A stretch of DNA of 32,377 nt. It comes from Alphaproteobacteria bacterium. Lineage in GTDB: Bacteria; Pseudomonadota; Alphaproteobacteria; Rhizobiales; Phreatobacteraceae. The translations under genes and the position numbers were made by a program. How positions within the stretch are numbered: the stretch's first letter is position 1; each line of letters begins with the position of its first letter. The notes beneath the pieces were generated by a model. The model was not told the origin of the DNA. It was given only the letters and a program-made list of their open reading frames with translations, and searched no databases. Positions 20,101-28,927 of the stretch are shown here, in pieces. The stretch lies in the NCBI GenBank assembly GCA_037143285.1, contig JBAWYY010000001.1:1-32377 (forward strand), given 5' to 3'.

Positions 20101-22528
20101 GATCATCGGGGAACATCGGCTTGACGCCAACGAGTGGCGTTCCCGGCAGAACCGGCAAGCTCGCGCTTCGCTCGACCGCGCGACCGCCAGGCTCTGAGAC
20201 ACGCACCGTCAAGGTCGCCTTCAGAGGGCGGGTCGCGTCTTCAAGCCTAGGCAAAGCGCCGGAAATGCGCAGATTGCCGCGCTCATCGGTCACGAGGCCA
20301 TCGGGCAGCGGTTCACGCTCGCGCTTGGCCTCCTCATCATCGAGACCAAACCGATAGCCGGCAAAATCCGGCAGCTCACCCGTGGTCTCCAAGACCACTT
20401 CGCCCTCGACGCCAAGGTCGGCGCCGGGAAGCCCGAACAGATAGCGGGCGGCAAGCTGCGCCCCGAACGGCTGAGTACGGCTCAGGCGCTCGCCTTGAGC
20501 GGTCAGATCGAAGGCGATCCGATCCGGCACGAAATCTTCGACCAGGAACTTTGCTTCCCCCGCAGGCGGCTGACGCGGATCGGTCACCGCTTTCACCCGC
20601 CAGGTGCCGGTCATCGCGCTCGAGAGGATGTTAACGGCGGCCACGCGCCCACCTGCCCCCATGTCCTGGGTCACAACGCGGCGATATTCGACGCCGTCGG
20701 GACGCTCCAGGATCAAGGTCAGTGGGATCTGGGGAACGGCGTCGCCCTTCCCGTCGCGCAAGAGCGCGGTGAGGTTCACCGTTTCACCGGGACGATAAAC
20801 CCCGCGCTCCGGCACCACGAAGGCATCGAGCGGACCCGCGATCTCGCGGCCCGCAACACCGCGATCAGAAAGGTCGAAGGCGGGCTGGCGCAGGTTCAAA
20901 AAGCCGTAATCGCCATTGGTCCCAATCGCCACCAGGAGGGCGGGGGTGAGCGCGCCCTCGCCACGCGTGAGCCCACGCTCAAAGCGGACATGGCCGGACG
21001 CATCGGTCTTTCTCGTCGCAAGGATTTCATTGGAACGCGCGACAAGACGCACTTCCACATCGGCTAAGGGCTTCGCGGAACCGAGCGAATGCACGAAGCC
21101 ATGGACGCCATCGCTGCCCGACAAGCCGGTGAGCCCGAGGTCAGAGACGATGAACCATTGGGCGACCATGCCGTCCTGCGGTCCGTCGGAATCAGGCGTC
21201 GGGCGCGGCGCAACGGTCGGCTTGGCGGTCATCACATAGACGCCGGGTTCGAGCGCTTGAATTGCCTCATCCACGGGGAAGGCGGTGGTGACATCCGCGT
21301 TCAGCCGGTTCTCCGCCTGCATCGTGCCGGACCACACCGGGATCGCGCGATCGGTCACAGCTTGAGCGAGTTCATAGCCGTCCAAGGGCTTGGGGAAGTC
21401 TTCGGCGACCGTTTGAGCAATAGAGCGGTCACCGAAGCGATGGATCGCCACATCGATGGACGCCACGTTGACCGATACGACCGGCACTCCGCGCTGGCCG
21501 GATTTCGGCAGCACATAGGCCCGCGCTGTAAAGCGCACGGCCGGTGCCCGGTCCCGCACATAGACGGTTGAATCGCTCGTGCGGAGCAGCGCTTCGCCAT
21601 TTTCCGCCGGCAGGCCTTCGCGCAGCTGGAATGTATAGCGCTCGCCGTGCCGCAACCCATCGATACAGATCTGGCTATCATTGACCGTGATGGGGGGAGC
21701 ATTCACCCCTTGCTGGCGCACAAAGGGCGAGAAATCGAACCGCCCCTTTTTCAGATCTTCAGAAAAGACGAAGCAGACGCGGGGTGACGCGGAATCCGAT
21801 TGAACATCGGTGCGAAGAACGCGGAATCCCCGCTGTTCGCGCAGTCGCGTATAGGCGTCCCGTGTCTCCGGGGTGTCGCGGGCATCAAGGGCCGCCTTCG
21901 CCACATCGATTGCCGGGCGCCATTGCTCGCGCTGGACGAACAGCTGACGGATCTGGGCCAAAGCGAAGGCTTCTTCATTGCGGTTGGCCGCGCGCCGATA
22001 GCCGAGATAGGCAGCACCGAGCGACTCATCCGCAAGGGTCTGCCGCTCCTGCCAATTGTCGGTGCGAACGCCGGCAAGCATTTGCGCATAGCGCACCCAG
22101 GGCGCAGAATCCTGCCCCGACCGCAGCGCGATGTTCTCCCAGGCTGAGGCTGCCGAGCGGAAATCACTGCGCTGAGCGGCTGAATCGGCGTCACGGCGCA
22201 CATCGGCGATGGGGCGCTGTTCATTGACCTGAACGCGAGCCCGCGAAGCCTCAAGGCGGCGCGACAACTCCGCTGCCGCTTCGTTCTGATAGGCACGAAG
22301 CGGTGGCCCGGGCGGCGCTGCCGCCGGTCGTTGCCCTTGAGCCTGCGGTTGAGCCTGACCGCCAGGGGCTGCTTGCGGCCGGGGAGCGGGAGCGCCAGGG
22401 GCCTGAGCGATGATTAAACGGGCTTCATCCGAGCGCGAAAACTGGCCCATGGGCTCTGCTTGCGCGACAGCACTGCCAAGCAGCACAGAAAGCCCCAAAG
22501 CGCCCACAAAAGCCCGCAAATTGATCAT
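17147..22528 (-). CDS. Bacterial alpha-2-macroglobulin (YfhM-like)
   Basis: 1793 aa with Sec signal; ERGVYRPGE, FLVEDFVPDR, AVDLGIL.LT, PDFNGTVRVMA; intact thioester motif YPFGCSEQ (CSEQ at 18497-18508); C-terminal RAVTPG...EDMYRP. Canonical linkage to pbpC. Confidence 0.95.
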   Translation of the reverse strand: MINLRAFVGALGLSVLLGSAVAQAEPMGQFSRSDEARLIIAQAPGAPAPRPQAAPGGQAQPQAQGQRPAAAPPGPPLRAYQNEAAAELSRRLEASRARVQVNEQRPIADVRRDADSAAQRSDFRSAASAWENIALRSGQDSAPWVRYAQMLAGVRTDNWQERQTLADESLGAAYLGYRRAANRNEEAFALAQIRQLFVQREQWRPAIDVAKAALDARDTPETRDAYTRLREQRGFRVLRTDVQSDSASPRVCFVFSEDLKKGRFDFSPFVRQQGVNAPPITVNDSQICIDGLRHGERYTFQLREGLPAENGEALLRTSDSTVYVRDRAPAVRFTARAYVLPKSGQRGVPVVSVNVASIDVAIHRFGDRSIAQTVAEDFPKPLDGYELAQAVTDRAIPVWSGTMQAENRLNADVTTAFPVDEAIQALEPGVYVMTAKPTVAPRPTPDSDGPQDGMVAQWFIVSDLGLTGLSGSDGVHGFVHSLGSAKPLADVEVRLVARSNEILATRKTDASGHVRFERGLTRGEGALTPALLVAIGTNGDYGFLNLRQPAFDLSDRGVAGREIAGPLDAFVVPERGVYRPGETVNLTALLRDGKGDAVPQIPLTLILERPDGVEYRRVVTQDMGAGGRVAAVNILSSAMTGTWRVKAVTDPRQPPAGEAKFLVEDFVPDRIAFDLTAQGERLSRTQPFGAQLAARYLFGLPGADLGVEGEVVLETTGELPDFAGYRFGLDDEEAKREREPLPDGLVTDERGNLRISGALPRLEDATRPLKATLTVRVSEPGGRAVERSASLPVLPGTPLVGVKPMFPDDRVAENDTAVFEVIAVAADGRTRQQRTLTWQLLRLETRWQWSRGAGGWESTAITTTRRVADGRVDATPAAAARIAQQVPWGKYRLEVGDIGSPATTIVFESGYGAGGTADTPDVLEMSLDKPAYHVGDTMTIAVNARFAGTATVTILGDRLHSERTVEVPQGQSRITVPVAEGWGAGAYAVVFLRRPLDVQAGRMPGRAIGLTWFGVDSDRRKLNVTLGAPDRMAPRSAMRVPVRIEGLASGEQAYLTVAAVDLGILTLTDYKAPKPDDYYLGQRRLQAEVRDLYGLLLDGMSAARGAIRSGGDGQASRFNGAPPAQDPLSLFSGLVTVRGDGTAEVSFDIPDFNGTVRVMAMAWTPTKHGSASKDVIARDPVVVQATLPRVLGNADRATARLDLINAEAPAGDYQVTVTPSGPLQAATAPTTVRLAGGGGRGSVSLPLTANGVGVGGLDVRLTGPNGLDVSSRYRLGVRPALPEVTRRTVMTIEPSQSVTLSGDLIGDYVPGSARVSVSVGPSAAIDVAGLIMALDRYPFGCSEQITSRALPLLYLDVLSAAEGGLGLETPVAERVRDSIDRLLSRQSSSGSFGLWTAGQSEDNWLDAYVTDFLTRARERGHAVPEQALRISIDKLRSFVNATDGVGTNDGMDLAYAHYVLARAGRGSLSDLRWLADTRLGDFKSAIGRGQLGAALALMGDTPRAERVFASAVAQLRAPDQTDQARFDYGSRLRDAAAIMALGTEARVARRIVTDAQRVLEDMQARTRAPSTQEKVWLVLAAQALIEDARRISLDVGGSPHQGALNRTIATDDLARGLVLRNSGSEVVRAVVGTQGTPRQAEPAAAAGFTLQRQYFTLDGRPVDIARVAQGTRLVVVLTMGERQPQLGQIMLVDRLPAGFEIDNPSLVASAETSALKWLATEAEQPDWRAFRDDRFMAAYSRASDDGAAWKAAYMIRAVTPGRYVLPPATIEDMYRPERFARTAAGTVEVTSGP

Positions 22529-22642
22529 GGCGACCTCTCCCCAATTGGGGGAAGTTGAGCACCCGCATCCCCTGGGAGCAATCAGGGGAGATACGTTGTT
22601 TCTCTAAGGAGCCGGCTCGCCATTCACGCTGTGCAGACGGGA

Positions 22643-23434
22643 CTAGGAGAACGGCAAGCTCTCGCGCGCATCGCCCGAAATCACGATGCGGTCCCCCGGT
22701 GCGATGCGACCACCTTGAGCAACTTCGACGTAGATGCCGCAGTCCGCGTGGCCATAACTGCGCATCAAAATCGCCGGGATCATGATGTCGCGCCGTGCGG
22801 TGGCAGGGTTCACTATGGTCGCCGCACAGCGCTCGGTGCGCTTCAGGCCGCGCAGGATCGCATCGCCAACCGCAATAGTCCGCCCGACAAGCTCGAACTC
22901 GGAGAAGGCGGGCAGACCGTCCACATAGAGATTGGCGCGGAAGCGGATCGGGTCGATGGCAAAGCCGGTCTCTTTCTCCAGCGCGCGCACGGTCGCAAGA
23001 TTGATGATCGATACGAAACCGGAGCGCGAATCCATGAAGCGGAAGCCCGAAGGGGCATCAAGAAGCTTCGGTTCACCAGAGAGTTCACCCGCAAGATAAA
23101 GCCGAAAGAAGGCCTCAACCTCGGCACGACCGGCCTCGGTGCCAAGATCGGCTCGCACCACCTCGATCTCATCGGCCACGATGGAGAGATGGCGGCTTTG
23201 ATCGTCGTAACGCGTCCGCAAGCCCGCCAATTTGGCGAGGCGCGCGAGCACCAAAAACTTCGTCTTCGCCTGATGTTCAGGGGCAGCCGCATCGAACCCC
23301 GACGGCCCGTTCTCGATCGCCATCAGGCGATCACCGGGGAAATGTTCACCTGAGACGAGGGTCGCCTCCGTCAGGGGCTCAGCGGAAAGCCCCTTCACGG
23401 GATAGCGGTAAAGGGAATGGAGCCGTGCGGTCAT
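22643..23434 (-). CDS. MOSC-domain protein (YcbX/mARC-like molybdoenzyme)
   Basis: LYRYPVKG, GDR, RFRANLY, Moco-ligand Cys in ERCAAT, CGIYVEV..GGRI..GD. Confidence 0.9.
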   Translation of the reverse strand: MTARLHSLYRYPVKGLSAEPLTEATLVSGEHFPGDRLMAIENGPSGFDAAAPEHQAKTKFLVLARLAKLAGLRTRYDDQSRHLSIVADEIEVVRADLGTEAGRAEVEAFFRLYLAGELSGEPKLLDAPSGFRFMDSRSGFVSIINLATVRALEKETGFAIDPIRFRANLYVDGLPAFSEFELVGRTIAVGDAILRGLKRTERCAATIVNPATARRDIMIPAILMRSYGHADCGIYVEVAQGGRIAPGDRIVISGDARESLPFS

Positions 23435-23474
23435 GCAGCCTTTTTGCCCGCGCTGGTCGTTCCGCGCAAGCAGG

Positions 23475-23894
23475 TCATCCGCGGCTGGCGCTCAACATCC
23501 AACGATGGCCAAAGGGATCACGCAGGGTCGCAACGCGCGCACCCCAAAAGGTGTCGGCGGGAGCTGCCTCCGGCGCTGCCCCCTGGGCGACTGCCCGACC
23601 CCACCAGCGATCAACCGCTTCGGGATCATCGAGCGCTACGCTCATCGCGACAGGGATGGCGGAGGCGACATCGGGTGCGCGCGAGGCGTGATCATCCTCG
23701 AACTCATCAGCTAGCATCACCACGCCGCCGTTGATCTCGAGTTCCGCATAGCGCAGCCGTTGCCCGTCGCTCGCCGGCATGACCCGCCGTTCACGCGCAT
23801 CAAACGCTTGCTTGTAGAACCTTATCGCCCGATTGGCGTCGGTCACGGTGAGATAGGGCGCGATCGGCGGAGAGTACTTGGTAAAGGGGCTCAT
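23475..23894 (-). CDS. VOC/glyoxalase (PhnB-like) protein
   Basis: IAPYLTV.DA..AI.FY..AF, AELEINGGVVMLADE, DTFWGAR..TLRDPFGHRW. Start taken at the ATG at 23894. Confidence 0.9.
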   Translation of the reverse strand: MSPFTKYSPPIAPYLTVTDANRAIRFYKQAFDARERRVMPASDGQRLRYAELEINGGVVMLADEFEDDHASRAPDVASAIPVAMSVALDDPEAVDRWWGRAVAQGAAPEAAPADTFWGARVATLRDPFGHRWMLSASRG

Positions 23895-24121
23895 GTTCTT
23901 TGGCTCGCACGCTTCTGCCTGCACGTCGAAAGTTCTGGCTCACTTAGTCTCGCGTTCGTCAGAACCGGTCACCACCGGCTCAGTCACACACTGTGTGCGA
24001 TGGCATATTGTGATGACCAGATGACACGCTGCCACCCCGGTTTCTCACGTGCGAAGTTTTGCGAGGATTTTACATCTGGAGTCGATGACATGGACACCCT
24101 TACGGCGGATATCGCGCTTCG

Positions 24122-24150
24122 TTGACACCCTACAGGTGCGTCATTACGGT
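24122..24150 (+). promoter_or_regulatory. Putative sigma70 promoter of etfBA
   Basis: TTGACA (24122-24127), 17-nt spacer, TACGGT (24145-24150), about 70 bp upstream of etfB. Confidence 0.6.
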
Positions 24151-24221
24151 GCGCCGCGCTTCGCATCCGATGCGTCGCTAAGGCTGTCAGGCCGGGACAA
24201 ACCCGGCATGAGGAGGACCGA

Positions 24222-24971
24222 ATGAAGATCCTGGTGCCCGTGAAGCGGGTCGTCGATTACAACGTGAAGATCCGCGTCAAGCCGGACGGTTCAGGCGTCG
24301 AACTCGCCAATGTGAAGATGTCCATGAACCCCTTCGATGAGATCGCTGTCGAAGAGGCGATCCGGCTGAAGGAAAAGGGTCTCGCCACCGAAATCGTCGC
24401 GGTCTCCATCGGACCTCAGGGGTCGGCCGAAACCATCCGTACCGCGCTTGCCATGGGTGCCGACCGTGGCATTCACGTGAAGACCGACGCCGTGGTGGAA
24501 CCGCTGGCCGTCGCCAAGATCCTGAAAGGGATCATCGGTGAGGAAGCACCGGGTCTGGTCATTCTGGGCAAGCAGGCCATCGACGACGACAGCAATCAGA
24601 CCGGCCAGATGCTGGCGGCCCTCCTCGGCTGGCCCCAGGGCACTTTCGCCTCGAAGGTGGAACTCACCGCCGATGCGGTCGCCGTCACACGCGAGGTTGA
24701 TGGCGGCCTTCAGGTCGTGAAGCTGAACCTGCCCGCCATCGTCACCACCGACCTCCGCCTGAACGAGCCGCGCTATGCGTCGCTCCCCAACATTATGAAG
24801 GCGAAGAAGAAGCCCATCGATGAGAAGACGCCTGAGAGCTATGGCGTCGATATCGCGCCGCGCCTCTCGGTGCTGAAGACCGTGGAACCGGGCGGGCGCA
24901 AGGCCGGCGTGAAAGTCGGCTCGGTTGCTGAACTCGTGTCCAAACTCAAGAACGAAGCGGGAGTGATCTAA
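24222..24971 (+). CDS. etfB: Electron transfer flavoprotein beta subunit
   Basis: [52 protein letters not shown]; GAGGAGGA RBS. Confidence 0.97.
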   Translation: MKILVPVKRVVDYNVKIRVKPDGSGVELANVKMSMNPFDEIAVEEAIRLKEKGLATEIVAVSIGPQGSAETIRTALAMGADRGIHVKTDAVVEPLAVAKILKGIIGEEAPGLVILGKQAIDDDSNQTGQMLAALLGWPQGTFASKVELTADAVAVTREVDGGLQVVKLNLPAIVTTDLRLNEPRYASLPNIMKAKKKPIDEKTPESYGVDIAPRLSVLKTVEPGGRKAGVKVGSVAELVSKLKNEAGVI

Positions 24972-25915
24972 TGGCGACCCTTCTTATCGCAGAGCATGAC
25001 AACGTCTCGATCAAGGACGCCACCGCCAAGGCGCTCACCGCTGCCGTAGCACTCGGTGCGCCGGTGACGGTCCTCGTCGCGGGTTCTGGCTGCAAAGCGG
25101 CAGCCGATGCCGCCGCCAAATATTCAGGCGTCGCCAAGGTGCTGCTCGCCGATGCGCCGGCCTATGACCACATGCTGGCCGAGCCGACCGCAGCGCTCGT
25201 CCTGTCGCTCGCCGGCGGCTATTCGGCGATCGTTGCGCCCTCGACGGCCAACGGCAAGAATATCCTGCCGCGGGTCGCCGCACTCCTTGATGTCATGCAG
25301 ATTTCCGACGTCACCAAGGTAGTTGCGCCCGATACCTTCGAGCGTCCGATCTATGCCGGCAACGCCATTCAGACCGTGCGGTCCGCTGATGCAACCAAGG
25401 TCATCACGGTCCGCACTGCCTCCTTCCAGGCCACGGGCCTCGGCGGATCGGCACCAATTGAAAGCGTGACGGCTGCGGCTGATCCCGGTGTCTCCACCTT
25501 CGGCGGTGAGGAACTCTCCAAGTCCGATCGTCCGGAACTGGGTGCTGCCAAGATCATTATCTCCGGCGGTCGTGCTCTGGCCTCAAAAGAGAACTTCGCA
25601 ACGGTCATCGAGCCGGTGGCCGATCTTCTTGGCGCTGCCATGGGCGCGTCGCGCGCAGCGGTCGACGCAGGCTATGCCCCCAATGATTGGCAGGTTGGCC
25701 AGACCGGTAAGGTCGTCGCCCCCGAGCTCTATATTGCCGTTGGCATTTCCGGCGCGATCCAGCATCTCGCGGGCATGAAGGACTCCAAGGTGATCGTCGC
25801 GATCAACAAGGACGAGGAAGCGCCGATCTTCCAGGTGGCTGACTATGGCCTCGTGGGCGATCTCTTCACGCTTCTGCCGGAGCTGCAGAAAGAATTAGCT
25901 GCGGCGGCCAAATAG
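24971..25915 (+). CDS. etfA: Electron transfer flavoprotein alpha subunit
   Basis: [47 protein letters not shown]; TAATG overlap with etfB. Confidence 0.97.
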   Translation: MATLLIAEHDNVSIKDATAKALTAAVALGAPVTVLVAGSGCKAAADAAAKYSGVAKVLLADAPAYDHMLAEPTAALVLSLAGGYSAIVAPSTANGKNILPRVAALLDVMQISDVTKVVAPDTFERPIYAGNAIQTVRSADATKVITVRTASFQATGLGGSAPIESVTAAADPGVSTFGGEELSKSDRPELGAAKIIISGGRALASKENFATVIEPVADLLGAAMGASRAAVDAGYAPNDWQVGQTGKVVAPELYIAVGISGAIQHLAGMKDSKVIVAINKDEEAPIFQVADYGLVGDLFTLLPELQKELAAAAK

Positions 25916-26040
25916 ACTAGATTTTCGTGCCTGCGTGCGGGATCGCCAGGGTGGTCACGGGCGGCGCAGGAGCGTAAGAAGAGCACGAAATATCAACATT
26001 CGCTGGCCGCGTTCGCGCGGTCGGCGCGCCAGGTGAGATC

Positions 26041-26916
<876 letters not shown>

Positions 26917-26939
26917 ACCACAAGCCCTATTGAAACGAC

Positions 26940-26970
26940 AACGGCCGCGTTTCCGCGGCCGTTTTGCTTT
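26940..26970 (+). terminator. Intrinsic terminator after hbd, between convergent operons
   Basis: AACGGCCGCG-TTTC-CGCGGCCGTT stem-loop (26940-26963) followed by TTGCTTT. Confidence 0.8.
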
Positions 26971-26996
26971 GTGGCACCTGCTGATGGCGCGGTGCC

Positions 26997-27887
26997 CTAT
27001 TCCTTCACGGCCCCGGTCATCGCCGACACATAGTGCTCGACGAAGAAGGCGTAGAGGATCACGAGCGGCAATGAGCCGACCAGCGCGCCCGCCATCAGGG
27101 AGCCCCAGCGGAACACATCGCCATCGACGAATTCCGAGATGATCGCCACCGGCACCGTCTTGTTCGGGTTCGACGAGATGAAGGTCAGTGCGTAGATGAA
27201 CTCGTTCCAGCAAAGCGTGAAGGCGAAGATGAAGGCCGAAATCAGGCCCGGTACCGCCAGCGGCAGCACAATCTGCGTCAGGATCTGCCAGCGGCTTGCC
27301 CCATCGATCAGCGCGCATTCTTCCAGCTCAAACGGGATGGTCTTGAAATAGCCCATCAAGAGCCAAGTGCAGAACGGGATCAGAATGGTCGGATAGGTCA
27401 AGATCAGCGCGAAGGGCGTGTCGAACAGCCCGTAGAAGTGAATGATCGTGGACAAGGGGATGAACAGGATCGACGGCGGCACGAGATAGGCCAGGAAGAT
27501 CAACCCGCCGACCGATTGCGCGCCCTTGTAGCGCAGTCGCACGATGGCATAGGCGGCCAAGACCGAGGACGTGATGGAGAGGATCGTCGCGCAAATGGCA
27601 ACGAACATCGTATTCCAGAGCCAGCCGAGATAGGGCGAGTCGAACAAGAGCTTGTGCACATGGCGCAGCGTCGGCTCCACCACCCAGAACGGATTGCCCG
27701 TATTGAGATCGAGGAGCTGATTGTCGGGTTTGATGGAGGTGATCACCATCCAATAGAACGGGAACAACAGCACAACCATGATGAGCGCGAGCGGCAGATA
27801 GACGGTCACCGTCTTGCGCGGCAGGCTCTCCAGATAGCTCATGCCCTCGGAGGCATCATTCTTGGGCGTCGCGGTGGTCATGGTCAT
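26997..27887 (-). CDS. Carbohydrate ABC transporter permease (MalG-like)
   Basis: Multiple TM helices; EAA loop IPFELEECALIDGASRWQ; WNEF; C-terminal MTGAVKE. Confidence 0.93.
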   Translation of the reverse strand: MTMTTATPKNDASEGMSYLESLPRKTVTVYLPLALIMVVLLFPFYWMVITSIKPDNQLLDLNTGNPFWVVEPTLRHVHKLLFDSPYLGWLWNTMFVAICATILSITSSVLAAYAIVRLRYKGAQSVGGLIFLAYLVPPSILFIPLSTIIHFYGLFDTPFALILTYPTILIPFCTWLLMGYFKTIPFELEECALIDGASRWQILTQIVLPLAVPGLISAFIFAFTLCWNEFIYALTFISSNPNKTVPVAIISEFVDGDVFRWGSLMAGALVGSLPLVILYAFFVEHYVSAMTGAVKE

Positions 27888-27897
27888 GGCATGGCCC

Positions 27898-28863
27898 TCA
27901 ATCGTTGCTCTCGCCCTGCTGCCACTTGCGTCGCTGCAGCCCGAACCAGGAAATCATGATCGCAGCCAGCAGGAACGGCACCATGGAGGTGGCAATGGCT
28001 GCCCCCTCGCCGAGATTGCCGCCGAGAATCCCGCGCTGATAGGACAAGGTCGCCATCAAGTGGGTTGAATTCACCGGCCCGCCGCGCGTCATGGCCCAGA
28101 TCAGCTGGAAGTCCGTGAACGTGAAGAGGACGGAGAAGGTCATCACGACAGCGATGATCGGGGTGAGCAGGGGATAGGTGATGTGGCGGAAGATCTGCCA
28201 CTTCGAGGCGCCGTCCAGCGTCGCCGCCTCATAAAGCGAGGGAGACACCGTCTGGAGTCCCGCCAGCAGCGTGATCGCGATGAAGGGAATGCCGCGCCAG
28301 ATATTGGCGAAAATCACCGAGCATTGGGCCAGGAACGGGTCGCCCAGCCAATTGATCGAGGTGCCCTTGGTGATGAAGCCCAACTGTACCAACGTATAGG
28401 TGATGATCGAGAATTGGGCGTCGAAGATCCACCAGAAAGCAACGGCCGAGAGCACGGTCGGCACGATGAAGGGAATCAGCACGATGGCGCGGATCATCGC
28501 CTTGAACGGCAGATTGTTGTTGAGAAGGATCGCGAGATAGAGGCCAACGACGAATTTCACCGCAGAGGCAACCGCCGTGAACACAATCGTGAAGATGAGC
28601 GAGCTAATATAGACGCGGTCGTCCAACAGCCATTCATAGTTCTCAAGGCCAATAAAGTTCCCGGCCCGGCCGATCTTCACATCCGTGAAGCTCATCCACA
28701 GGCCCTTGCCCAGCGGATAGACCAGGAACAAGACCAGGAAGCCCATCGCCGGCAACATGAACCAGAAGCCGAGCCAATTGCGGTTCACTTTGAGCTGGTC
28801 CCACGCGCTCGCCTCGCGCGGGGCGATGCGGGGTTTAGGATCGGCTAGCGCCACATTGGCCAT
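27898..28863 (-). CDS. Carbohydrate ABC transporter permease (MalF/UgpA-like)
   Basis: FIGLENY, LAGLQTVSPSLYEAATLDGAS, MTRGGP. Start at MANVALADP (28863) after a GGAGA RBS; the 29037 extension overlaps the binding-protein gene. Confidence 0.93.
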   Translation of the reverse strand: MANVALADPKPRIAPREASAWDQLKVNRNWLGFWFMLPAMGFLVLFLVYPLGKGLWMSFTDVKIGRAGNFIGLENYEWLLDDRVYISSLIFTIVFTAVASAVKFVVGLYLAILLNNNLPFKAMIRAIVLIPFIVPTVLSAVAFWWIFDAQFSIITYTLVQLGFITKGTSINWLGDPFLAQCSVIFANIWRGIPFIAITLLAGLQTVSPSLYEAATLDGASKWQIFRHITYPLLTPIIAVVMTFSVLFTFTDFQLIWAMTRGGPVNSTHLMATLSYQRGILGGNLGEGAAIATSMVPFLLAAIMISWFGLQRRKWQQGESND

Positions 28864-28883
28864 CGGGTTCTCCGTCTCCGGCT

Positions 28884-28920
28884 GACATGATGGGGGAGTG
28901 CGACGCACCCCCCCGATGTC
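28884..28920 (-). other. Intercistronic stem-loop between the binding-protein and permease genes
   Basis: GACAT..GGGGGAGTGC-GAC-GCACCCCCCC.ATGTC imperfect inverted repeat directly after the binding-protein stop; no U-tract. Confidence 0.55.
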
Positions 28921-28927
28921 ATGGGTA

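Noticed and set aside
14892-22528. A2M-pbpC pair as a novel defence system
   Set aside because: This is an established, widely conserved operon (yfhM-pbpC). Only its local deviations are reported as findings.
23760-24125. 121-aa ORF and its short tail MDTLTADIALR upstream of etfB
   Set aside because: It overlaps the VOC gene antisense, ends within the etf -35 element, and has no recognisable coding features.
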